A stretch of DNA of 64,000 nucleotides from contig CM119269.1 in the NCBI GenBank assembly GCA_051294375.1, positions 22,094,815 to 22,158,814 of the forward strand. Reading direction: 5' to 3'. Within the stretch, counting starts at the first letter, position 1. Each line of letters begins with the position of its first letter. Source of the stretch: Paraspadella gotoi (taxonomy: Eukaryota; Animalia; Chaetognatha). The translations under genes were made by a program, and so were the position numbers. Shown piece by piece: positions 38,828 to 50,259 of the stretch. Below the pieces are notes generated by a model. The model saw nothing but the letters and a program-made list of their open reading frames with translations, was not told the origin of the DNA and searched no databases.

Positions 38828-41800
38828 TCATCGCTCGTCTTGTCTCCATTCCATTTCCGCTCCGCCAGCCAGTTCGTAATGTTTTCGTCTCAACTGCGCC
38901 AAATGTTCTCTCTCCTTCTCCAATTTAGTCTCCAGCTCCAAAACGCGAACCTTGGGGAGAAAAGATTATATTAAATAAATGATGTAATATTCAAAATTGA
39001 GTAATATGAAATTCAAAAATGATCAATTCATTCATAAATAAGCCATCTTGCCTCCATTCTTTACGAGATAATAACCAAGCTTTCCATTCAAGACTTTCTC
39101 ACATTCTCCCGGACTACCTGACTCCCCTATCAATGAGGCCATAATTCCTTCTTTTACAAAAAGAGACCTGTGAATCCATCTCGAGTCGTTTCGCCTGATG
39201 AAGCGTGACTTTGGTGAAGTCCAGACTTTCCAAATTCTTTTCCTCGATTTTCTGGGCGCCACTTTTGGCATTGGCCACGACTCTGCCGAATAAATATTTC
39301 ATTTTATTAACACATGTTAATTATATGTTAAGAATTGTTTTTACCTGGCTGTAGCGTGATGAACCAGCTTGGAGGCTTCTTGAAGTTGCTTGAGATTTAT
39401 AGAATCCGCCGCAGCTTTGACCTGACAAAACCGAAATGTGTTTTTCTTCATTTAATTATTAAAACGAAAAATCAGAAAATTGGAAAAGCTTTTAATTTCA
39501 AATGTTATGGCAACAGCCGGGTTGCCTGTGATGCCCATTGGGATGGGGCATCTCACTGTTGGCTTTGGGGGCTTCCGACCCTCAGTGACGCCTCCAGTCA
39601 CTGGCGCGGTTACCCTAGGACGGTCTCGCTTTGCCAACGCAGAGGGAAGTCGTTAGGACTGTGGATGGAACACTACGCCTGGGATGGTGTGTTCCCCCTC
39701 TGAGCCAATGGATTTGGCTGAAGGATGGTGGACGTGAGGCGGTGTGAATATACCGCCACAATGTCATGGTTTTTTTTTCACTTATTTCCACCTTTTATAA
39801 TTTTTTCTTTTTTATTCATTTCTCCACATTTCTCCACTTCCCTCCCTCCAAAATATCCAAATATCAACCCACCCCCCGCAACCTTCACCTTGGAAGCGAC
39901 GACGAGTTGCACCGTACTGGCGGCGACCTCCTGCGAGCAGACGACGAGCTCTTCGAACTTTCCCGATCCGGAGACGACGTTGTCGGCGGCGTCGACGAGG
40001 ACGCCGGCGCCCATGCCGACGGCTTTGGCCGCCGAGAGAAGACCTTCCGTCCATCTGCTGTTTCTTTGGTAAAACTCGTTGGGCGTGGCCGTGCCGCGTC
40101 CAGCGAGCACGATATCGTTTTGTAAATCGCGGGATCGAGAGATGAGGATTTTGATTTGGGACATCAGATCTGAGTGAAGGAAGAATTGGCTTTAAACCAT
40201 TCATTTATAATTGACTAAAATAATACTTTTTTATGAAACTTTTGAACTTATTATTCGTCGAGGTTATTCCGAACAAGATGATAACTCTGACCCAGTCGAG
40301 AATGTCGCCGTGGTCCACTAATTGGACCCGTTATTGCGTCTCTTTCAAGCTTTTAAACTCACCCGTGCAAGAGTCGAGAATGTCTCCATTGACCTCTAGT
40401 TTGATCCCCGACTGAGTCTCCTTCGACTTTTCCATCATCTCCGCGATTCTGTTCGACGCCATCTCAACGATCGAAGTCAAAGACTCCAGCTCCTGTTTTT
40501 ATTCGAATAAATAATATATTATTATCATTATAACTATAATATTCCCAATAAGAAAGGGTCACCTGTTCCACCAAAGATCCCAAGACGTCGGCTCGGACGT
40601 CCGCGATTCGAGGCTGAAGCTCCAAACCGATTTCTTTGATTCTAAAATTGAAAACATTTGCCTTAAAATTATTGACAATGACAAATGACGGATTAATGAG
40701 AATTAATTAATGACGGAATAATGACAAACACTGAACTGATTAAGATTTTCTTGGATGGCGTCCATGGCGGCGATGGAGTCGCTCCACCCGGCGCCTTTCA
40801 ACAGTCGCGCCAACTCGAGGCCCTTTTGTCCAGCGTCGTGACCGCAGCTCGAGAGCCGCTCGCGTTTGTCCACCTGGCGGAGGAAATAAAAACTATTTTA
40901 GTTGATGTTGTTAAGCTTAGATTTTCTTGTTCAATATTTGATCATTCACTAAGTAGCTGATAATTACCTATTCTTGTAAAACTTTCTTTATATATTATTC
41001 TGTAAATATTTCTTTTGAATTCATCAAAACAACAATCATATATAATACGGAGAAGATAATTTTCTAAATAGGGAACAAAATAGCAGAAACAATTTTTTTG
41101 GTAATATTTCCACTTAATTGCCAAGTCATCATCAGTTGATATCTAATGTCATTATCCAAAATTTTTTTTAAAAAAGTTTTTGTTATGCACCGATTTTTTC
41201 CATTATGAAAATAGACTAGTATATTAATCTGTAAAGAGATTCGTATATCCGTAACATATATATTATATATCTATTACCAAGTATATGTAATATATACTAT
41301 AATACATATAATATCTTGCTCTAATTCCTACAGCCACAAGATGTCATCGGAACCAACAAGAACAAAAAGCAATCGAAAAGGTAGGGACTCAAAGAGGTGA
41401 GTCAGCAGCAGCCGAAAAAAACCTGTTTGCGACACGGCCGAGGCCGCTGCTTCTCCTGCCTCACCTCAGCAAGAGGGAAAGGAAGAAACGACCCAAGATG
41501 GCTGCCTCAAACGGCTTTTATAAATTAGAATATTTATTGTTTAAGTAATGTCAACTAATCCTCATTTATGCATTGTTTTTTTTTAACAGTTTTGAAAAGT
41601 CCCTCAAGGCTAATAATACTTTCAACAACCGGGAATTAAAGAATAAATTCCGCGAAAATAAACAATCTTAGGTCGTAACAACCAAAAAAAGGATGGCGTC
41701 GGGCTCGGAGTATTCCTACAGCCGCAATCACTATCCCGATTACAACTACAACGCGCGGAAGATGATCATCATCACAATCTTCGGCCTCATTCTCTGCTTC

Positions 41801-44800
41801 CCCCTCGGCCTGCTCGGCCTGCTCTTCTTCCTCCGGGCCGACGACCTCAAACATCGCGAGGGGCGGACGGAGGATGAGACGGACGAGTTGAGGAGGAAGA
41901 TCCCCAAGTATCTCAAGTGGTCGACCATCTCGTCCGTCTTGGGGATCGTCCTGTCACTCTCTGTCGGCATCATCATCTTCATCGTCATGTTGGCGTCGGG
42001 ATTCATTCAAGGAATGCCGAGATACATCGGATGAATCGAACGAATTAAGACAACTGAACTTGTAAATTTCTTTTGTTTATTTTGTAAAGATTGGTGTTTC
42101 GGAAAGGAAATTTTTCCATAAGCACAACATTTTAAAAATATGTTAATTTGTCGAATGGTGTCCTGCATAAAACTTCGCTTTTTTTCTCATTAACTATGCG
42201 AGTGCGTTCTGAAATATTATCAATGATTTCAAATCATTCTCAATCAACACATGTTTGTATTCTTTGTATTATTGTAATTTAGCCCTGGAAGAGAAGTGCT
42301 GGCCGAGTCTTTCTCGTTTTTTTTTAATGTATTCCTTCCACCTTTCCCCTACTCCTTTGTACATTTTGTGTGATTACGAAGTATTCATCAGTTTTTCCTT
42401 TCACGATATAATAAATACATGTGACTATTCTTTTTTCCCATTTCTTCCATTTTCGTGGCGTTTATCAGCGGCCATTGGTGCAGGAGGCAAGTCATTCGCC
42501 TCCCAACCCAAAGGTCCGGGGTTCTAGCCCGGTGGTCGCCTAGCAGTTAAGAGGGATGGGGAACTACACCCGCCTGTAACATGGTGTTACAGCCTGATCC
42601 GAAGCTCAGGGACTTCTTATTTTGAACGGTTCTGCCACTAACACAACTTGCAAATATTATAAATAAACTTGTAAAGCGTAAACACTAAACAACCAATAAG
42701 TATGTGGATAAGGCGCAACGTGGGCTGAAAATGACTGTCCGTAACTTCTATAACCCCCTCTAGCAGCCATGGAACGGGTCCCTGGGCTTGGAACCAGGCT
42801 TGAGGGTTTTCCACTCCCCCAAGGCGGCTTATGGCCGTCCTCATGCTTCCCGCAGGGTTGGTACCGGGTTGGGATTGAACCCGGTACCTCGTGGTCATGA
42901 GCTGATGGCTTTACTCAATGAGCCACCGGGTAACAACTGAAAGTGTCATGCTTATTGGCGAGGTGAACCTAGGCAATGCCCGACTACAAGTATCTTTTAA
43001 GCTATACTGGTTAACAAAAGACAATTCACTAGATAAAACGGTACCTCTGGCGCGCGGTGACTCGTGGCTTGACACGTGATCAAAACGTGACTGAGATGGT
43101 GACCCAGAATTGGAATCGTGTTGGTTATTTCTTCCACAATCTCTTCCTCGTTGGAGGCAGAGTCTTGCATAACCATTTTCAGCAGGAATTTGAGGTGAGC
43201 GAAGATGTCCTGGGATTTGGAGAGAGAGAGAGAGAGAGATTGAGGGGGGGGAGGGGGAGAGAGAAAGATTAAGTTGTACTTACCTTTTCGAAACTCTCCA
43301 GTTGTAGGACAAGATATTCTGCAGAACAGGAAACTTGGGCAAATAGAGGATTTTCCCATTCGTCCAAACCAGAAGTGATCATTGCTACCATCTGAGAAGG
43401 AAAAACAGTTCATTGATCGAAAGCGTAACTTGAAAGAACTTAATTATATTAAAGATAAAGATAGTGGGACGTAACTCAATGTCTAATAATGAAGATAATG
43501 AAAATATCATTACTTGTTGACACGAGGCTTCTAATTGCTTTCTTGAGGACTCGGTCCGATACTCCATGTGCTGAATATAAAAACATTTGAGATGAGGTAT
43601 TTTACATACAATCTTGATAAAAATACAGTTAAATTTATTCCATCTTTTAAAAAGTTAAAAAATTTTAATGATTGTACCTTATTTTCGACTTCCAGCAATC
43701 TTTCCATGGCACTATCGAGTTCCTGCAACACAGATATTATAATAAAGATAGAATTACTTGTTGGAATAAAAGGAGCGAAAGAGAAAAGAGGAATGAAGAG
43801 GAGGGGAAGGAGGGAGGAAGGGGAGATGACGTTCGTTTCTCTTCTCCGATAAGATAAGGGGGGTGGGCAATGGACTTAGGATGGAAATCAAGAGAAGCGT
43901 AGTTAACCTGCATGACGTGATTACTGGATGATTCGCTCTCCGTTAGGGCAGATTTGGTCTTGTTCAAGCTTTGCTGAAGTTCTTCTTTAGCGAGAGATAT
44001 TTCGATTTGATTTCTGCAACGAATGTCATGAAAAAGAATGGCATGGAACGAATGGCAAACCAATATTTACTATTTCTCACCTTCTCAAGAGGTCAAGCTC
44101 TTGAATGGCTTGATCCTTGGCTGATATCAGGTCTTCCCGTTCGGATTCGTATAACTTTAATGATTCCTGATTTTAACGAATCATAAAAATAATAATAATT
44201 AATTAATACGGTTAATAATTAATAATAACCTTGGCCTCGTCGGCTTCTTTAGACAGTTGCTCGACTTGCATCTCCAAATTTGATTTACTTTGTAGCAGAT
44301 CTCTTTCGTTGCTGAGAACCTGTCCAATAAAATCAGATTAGAAATTAATCTAACCATTGATCTCACTTCTGCGAGGGAGGTGCTTTGTATGTTAATATCT
44401 TGTGCTTTTATCTCCCTTATTAATAAATCTTCGTCTATTTATCTCGAAAATTCAACGAAGAAATACGACATTTCAAGTTATTCCTTCTGCAATATGCAAA
44501 TGATATTGAACAACTCAATCTCGTTTCGTATTCAATGATAATTCCCTTACACTTCAATATCGCAATCAGAAAAGAAGCGAGCCAACCTCTTTGACTTTGG
44601 CCTCCATGGCCTCTTTGGCCCTAGAGGCCTCCTTGAGGTTTTTCTCCAACGCCTCCACGCGACTGAAATCCGCGGTGGCCAGTTTCTTCTCCATGATCAC
44701 GTGATCGGCCTGGACTCTCAACATTCGCTCCTCTAAATCGTGACGAGACTTTTCCGTCTGATAGAGTAAAACCAAATATTATTAAAAATGGAACAATTAA

Positions 44801-47800
44801 TGTAAAAATTAGTTATTCTTTCAATTTCTTGCCACTGTCTTAGGATGAGAGGAAGTGCTTTAAAGACGACCATCCCATTTAAGAACCATTACTTGAGAAA
44901 GCGTTAAAATTAATTAATTTCAAAACTAAGATACGAAATCTAAATTAATAAAAAAATAAATTAGATAATAAACCTTACATAATATATAATATGTAATACA
45001 TATCTATGGGTTCGACAACTTAAAATGCCCACATGAGTTTTTGGAGGCTTTTCAAGCAAAAGTAGAAAAGGCCCGTCTTTTTTCAATGTGCATCCTATTT
45101 TTCCACCCAAATTTTATTTTGACATTTTTTTAATATCAACTTTAAAAAGGAATTGAAACCATCGAAAGAACCTGGATTATTTTTTCTGTTTGTCCCGCGA
45201 TTTGTTTTTTCTTTTCGCTCTCTGATCGAAGAAGTTGAATGTGTTCCTCTCTCAATTTTCCGTAAACGTCTTTCATCTTCTTGAACTTGTCTTCGCTCTG
45301 AGACGCTTGCTGCAGAGAGAGAGAGTGGGGGAGTATTTGAAGCAACGAATGAGGGTGAGGAACGGTAATGAAAACTTACCTTTTCCGCCTCCAGTCTCTT
45401 CTCAATCTCCTCCGTATCGGCGGGCATGTGTTCCAACGCCCTCTTCAATTCCTTGTTTTCGGTCACCGCGAGATTCAAGGCCGTCTAAAAAAAAAAAGAC
45501 AAAATAAAATATCTTTATTATTTAATAATGAAAAAGATTAAACTTATTTACTCTTGAATCCTCCAGTTTTTCTTCCAATTCGGAGATTTTTTGATTCATC
45601 GTTTCCACCATTTGAGTTTGTTCGGCTGGAAAAAGAGAATGCAGCAAATATTTCAATACATTTCCAAAGATAAATGCTAATTTTGTGCTATAGTAAATTA
45701 ATATTTTATCCATAGGCCCAACAGATTGGTTTTACTACATAAAGTTAGGGGTTAGATCATCTTCTTTAAGCCAATAATCCTCTATGTTAGTAGTTAATAA
45801 TTAATCCAAATTCACACCACCTCTCAGACTCTCCAACTCGAACTCCAGCTCCTTGATCCGATTCGTCAGCTGCTCCACGACTTCCTCCCGCTCCCGTTCC
45901 CGCAGAGCCGCCGCCGCCGCCGCCTCAGCATCGCTGTTGTGCCCGTTGTTGATTTCCGGAGATCCCTGTTAAAAAAAAGTTTCTCGGCTTTCAACTCTCT
46001 CTGTGAGCGAGGAAGTCTCTTGGGCTGAAGATAGAATATACACCTGAAGGCTGAAGTCGGTCGAGGCTCCGAAGATGTCTATTTCAGATTCATTAGCGGG
46101 AATTCTCGTGTCTATTAATTCGCCAACCTTGGAATAAGAGAAATAATTTTAAGAAAAATCTGGATTAACGACAAATTTTGATACTATTTTATTTATTTAT
46201 TTATTATTTTTTATTTATTTTTTATTATTTATTTATTACTATTACTATATTACAAATTTGAGAAAAAAAGAATTTATAAACAGAAAGAAAAAGAAGAAAA
46301 GAATAAATATAATAAAGAATAGAAAGGAAAGAAAGAATAGAAAGGAAAGAAAGAATAGAAAGTAAAGAAAGAATAGAAAAAATAGAAAGTAAAGAAAGAA
46401 TAGAAAGGAAAGAAAGAATAGAAAGGTAAAAAATAATAGAAAGAAAAGAAAGAATAGAAAGGAAAGAAAGAATAGAAAGGGGAAAAAAAGAAAATTAATT
46501 TATAAACAGAAAGAAAAATTATATTTTGCGATTGTCAATTTAAAAAAATAATAAAGTACCGAGGAAAATTAAAGTTAGTTTAAAAAAAAAATAAACAGAA
46601 GACGCAGCCCCTAAGAAAAAAAAAGAGAGAAAGAGAGAGAAGCCAAATCGTTTTCGGACGAATCAGCAGCGGCAGCCAGAAAAAAAGAAAAATCAAAAGG
46701 CAGCAGCAGAAGCAGCAGGAGAAAAGAGAGTAAAATAAAGAGCCCCTGCAGAGCCAGCTGCAGACTCGTTTTTTTCCCGATGAATATGTAAGCACTGGGG
46801 AAAAGAGAGAGAGATAGCTAAATATAATTAAAAGAGAAAAGAGAGAGAGAGAGAGAGAAGGAAACATAAAAATAAAATAGAGGATATTTGTTTGTTTTGA
46901 TAAAACGTAAACAAAACATATTATAACTGTCCTGACCCAATTTTAATGACATTGATGATCAAAAACTATTTATAAATTTTCAGCTTCATACACCCAAATT
47001 TAATCATCAAAAAGGCACTTATGGGCAAAACCACAGCAATATCGTCGCAAACGCAAAGCAATTGCGACGATAAAAAAGTTTAGGAGTAATAGTAATTAGT
47101 TAAGTTATTGTTATTATTATCACCCTCAATAACGATAACTCAAATAAAAATAATAATATTAATAATGATGTAGTATTAGTAATTAGTATTTAGTATTTAC
47201 CTCTGGTTCTGCCGCATCGTTGTCGGTCTCGGGCAAGATAACAACGACGGGCGTCACATGACGAGTTTGTTGATCATCTTCTGCAACAAAGTCGCAGCAT
47301 CAACAGTACAGAACCAACAAAACTATTTTAAAAACCATTTTAACTCACCGGATTGAATAAGGAAATTGGGAGGTAACTCGGGAAGGCAAGGTACTTGAAT
47401 CAAGGTCTTGAAATATTGCAAATTTCCAGACGAGTAAAAGAATTGTTTTAAGGCTTTGAACTGGGTGACGAACCTACGGACCAAAAAGGCATAGATCAAT
47501 TAAATTGCTAAAACTCTTTACATCTTTTTAAAATGAGACTTTTCTTTAATAATATTACCGGTCTCTGTGACCAGAGAGCGTTTCAGTTGGCAACCCAGCG
47601 TGAAGCTTAAAGAGAAGTTTCACTGTGAAATCATACAGTTGTGTTGAATCCTAGGAGATAAAACAAAAGATTAGGTTACACAAAAAATATACAGAAGGCT
47701 TCATATTATAAAATGTGGTACCCCTTTTTTGTGACCAGAATCTTTTCCCACCAAACTACCGGATCGAATTTCATAAAATTTTACATTTAGAGTTCTAATG

Positions 47801-50259
47801 ACAATATAAATAGAACTATCGAGGCAAATTTTAATATTAACCCCTGACAAGAGATACAAAGCCCTGGGGGGGCCAAAAAAAGCTAAAAATTTTGTTTTCA
47901 TTTTTTATAATTTTTTAGTAGAATCAGGTTTATCGATGTTTTAAACATATAAAAATATTTTTTAAAACTAAAATTAATAATTTTTTTGCTAATTAATCAG
48001 TGTTTGAAGATGCATGGTTTATCGTTTTTCTCCAAATTTTCCAGAATTATTCCAAATCTGACTTGAACGGCTGATGTTCATGAAGCTGAAACTTATGGTA
48101 AACTAATATTTTTGTGGAAGAGTAAACGTCTGGGCAACTGTTCAAAAAAAAATAAATAAATAAAAACAAATTTTTACCATTTTTTGCCCCCATGAGTGAC
48201 CCCTACCGGGCCCCACATCTCGGCTCAGGGGTCAAATATTGAAATTCGCCTCGATATTTCTATTTGTATTCACATAGGGATCGTTCCTACCAAATTTCAT
48301 TAAAATCTATTCAATAGTTTTCTCGGAACGTGTTAATGCAACCTACTAAACATTGGACTATACAATTTAAAGTTCACACCTGTATGCAAGGAATGAGCGG
48401 AGCGATCCTGCACTGTCCAGTCGGGGTCATAGAGTTCGATCTCGACATATCGAGGGAACCAAAAACGGCGGACTGAAGGGCCAGAATTTCGTCGGTGTAA
48501 TCCAGAAATTCGACGGCCATTTGAAAGTAGGCGTTGACATCGTACTCCGCGAGCCTGAAGACGTTTTGGCGTTAGACCGTGGAAAATAACGGGCGGAGGA
48601 CAAAGTCGAGATTGAATAGAACTAAGTCTAATACTGAGATAACCACTAACCAGTTAAAACAAAAATATTGAACGTTAAGTGAGTTTGTGATCCTTAGTTA
48701 TTAAGATATCCACCACTAACCAGTTTAAACAAAAATATTTAACGTTATGCGAGTTTGTAATTTTTACAGAACAAATATAAGATACATTAACTGGGTTTTT
48801 ATATACAATAACTTTTAAACTTAAGCACCACATTTTTAAATAATTAAAATTATTATTTTTAATCTCATTCACCCACGAGGACGGCGACGACGACGCCCTT
48901 GTCCGTCGTCTGACCACTTAGTATACTGTCTTTAACGGTGAGGAAAAGCAAACCAAAATTATTTAATTTCACGTCAAAAACATTGCATTATTTTCCAAAA
49001 GCACCCAATTTTTGTTCCTAATCCCTAAACCTAATTTCAGCTCGCATTTTAAATCCTAATCTTTAAACAAATATTTTAATCAATCCCTATCTTTAATCCC
49101 TAACCTTAATAACTCACCTTTATCCATAAGCATGATCTTCAATATGAAAGTTCAAACCCCAAATTCCTAACCTGATCCTTAATATCAAAAACGTTTAGAA
49201 AATTCTCCTTAAGGGATTAAACCTGTAAAGATGTTCATCCGAGGGAATGAAGAGATTTCCTGGGAATTGCGGATTTCGTTTATGAAAATGAAGTTTTTGA
49301 ATGAGAAGCTTAATGTAGGTGGCGATGAGTTTTCCGTACGACTGCTTCAAGTGACCCCACAATTTGCCGATATCGCGAAGAAAATAAACGTGTCTGACGA
49401 AAATTGACAAAAGATGAACTCAACTAAAACTAAACTAAAAGCCTGTCCATTGTGTCCAAAGTCAGGGGAAAGATTGCTTATTTATTAAATGAATGGATAA
49501 TTTTTATATTGGATGTACCAATTTCATCTAGGACTAAAAATAACACCTTAACAAGCTTACAATTGTTTTAAATAAAAATTATCTGATAAAATAGTGTACT
49601 AAAATCAAAATTCTGTTAATTTTTTTTCTTAATTTTGCATTTTTTAAAGCCAAATTAGACAACTTAGATTATGGGCAGAATAAACACTTTTTGTAATAAA
49701 AACTAGGTTTAATCAATATTTTAACGCTTATATAATTATAATTCAACCCCTTGCAAACCTGTATGAGTCTTGAAGTGAGTTTGGGTGACCTTCTCTCAAA
49801 AGTTTGTGAAGAACGTGACAAAACTTCCAACAGAGAATCGCGTTTCCTTGAAGAGGCAATTTGCGGACGTAGGCCCAAAACAGGGAAGCTCCTTTATCGG
49901 TGTAGGTGCCCAGGATCGTGGACCGTACGTGCTTTTCTTTGACCGGCGTCTCAAGGTTGTTGATAGCTTGAATCATGAGAATATGAACGTTGAACGAGAC
50001 AAATGTAAATAGAAAACAATTGATTTATTACATTTTGACAAAAGGTCAATAATGCTCTTTACCTTTGGTTATACTCTGAAGTTGACTTTTTTGAAAGTTT
50101 TCTCTCTCAATTTCCTCGGCGGTTTTCCGCTGAGGTAAAACCTTAAAAAAAATACAGAAGATTGGACAACAAGGTTTTTAAAAAATTAAAATTAGAAATA
50201 CTTTGAATCACGAATACAACCTCCTTGATGGAAGCCTGCAATCTGCTTTTCCGATCCAT
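38828..50259 (-). CDS. HIP1: Huntingtin-interacting protein 1 / HIP1R (Sla2 family)
   Basis: ANTH domain (AINNLETPVKEKHVR, WKFCHVLHKLLREGHP, LDMSRSNSMT), coiled-coil exons, I/LWEQ domain (FYQRNSRWTEGLLSAAKAV, STVQLVVASKVKA, VLELETKLEKERE.L..LRRKHYELAG). Confidence 0.95.
39558..39638 (-). ncRNA. Twister ribozyme, P5-type permutation, in HIP1 intron 39422-39888
   Basis: Minus strand: gttggc aaa gcga GA CCG tc-ctag-gg TAA ccgc GC cagtgac-tggaggc-gtcactg a ggg T CGG AAGC ccc caaa gccaac = P5, P2', GA, T1', P1, UAA, P2, T2, P3, P4/L4, P5'; both pseudoknots pair; one C-A mismatch in P2. Confidence 0.85.
41693..42034 (+). CDS. CD225/dispanin (IFITM/PRRT-like) membrane protein nested antisense in HIP1 intron 40874-43044
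   Basis: 113-aa GC3-rich ORF with IFGLILCFPLGLLGLLF, a charged linker and a C-terminal TM segment; candidate upstream exon ending gag|gtgagt at 41396. Confidence 0.75.
   Translation: MASGSEYSYSRNHYPDYNYNARKMIIITIFGLILCFPLGLLGLLFFLRADDLKHREGRTEDETDELRRKIPKYLKWSTISSVLGIVLSLSVGIIIFIVMLASGFIQGMPRYIG
42468..42640 (+). mobile_element. tRNA(Gly-like)-headed SINE-like element with twister-like body
   Basis: 72-nt head with paired acceptor stem gcggcca/tggtcgc, A-box-like tggtgcaggagg, B-box-like ggttctagccc and unpaired anticodon arm; structured body 42545-42614. Confidence 0.65.
42721..42934 (-). mobile_element. tRNA(Met-like)-headed SINE-like element with twister-like body
   Basis: Minus strand ccggtggctcattgagtaaagcc (A box), ctcatga loop, ggttcaatccc (B box); structured body 42853-42774. 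Confidence 0.7.
46310..46480. repeat. ~17-bp purine-rich tandem repeat in a HIP1 intron
   Basis: Units of aagaaagaatagaaagg. Confidence 0.85.
47810..48262. mobile_element. Inverted-repeat element in a HIP1 intron
   Basis: atagaactatcgaggcaaattttaatattaacccctga is inverted as tcaggggtcaaatattgaaattcgcctcgatatttctat. Confidence 0.65.

Noticed and set aside
39509-39552. SRP Alu-domain-like hairpin-TGTGA-hairpin on the plus strand with a downstream T run
   Set aside because: No SRP S-domain helix 8 motif; the minus-strand twister parse explains the conserved core better.
39590-39612. HDV-like gcctcc...tggcgc motif
   Set aside because: No P1 or P2 partners could be placed.
42468-42539. Functional tRNA gene (also 42860-42934 on the minus strand)
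   Set aside because: Anticodon and T arms do not pair properly and both continue into a structured body, so they are treated as SINE heads.
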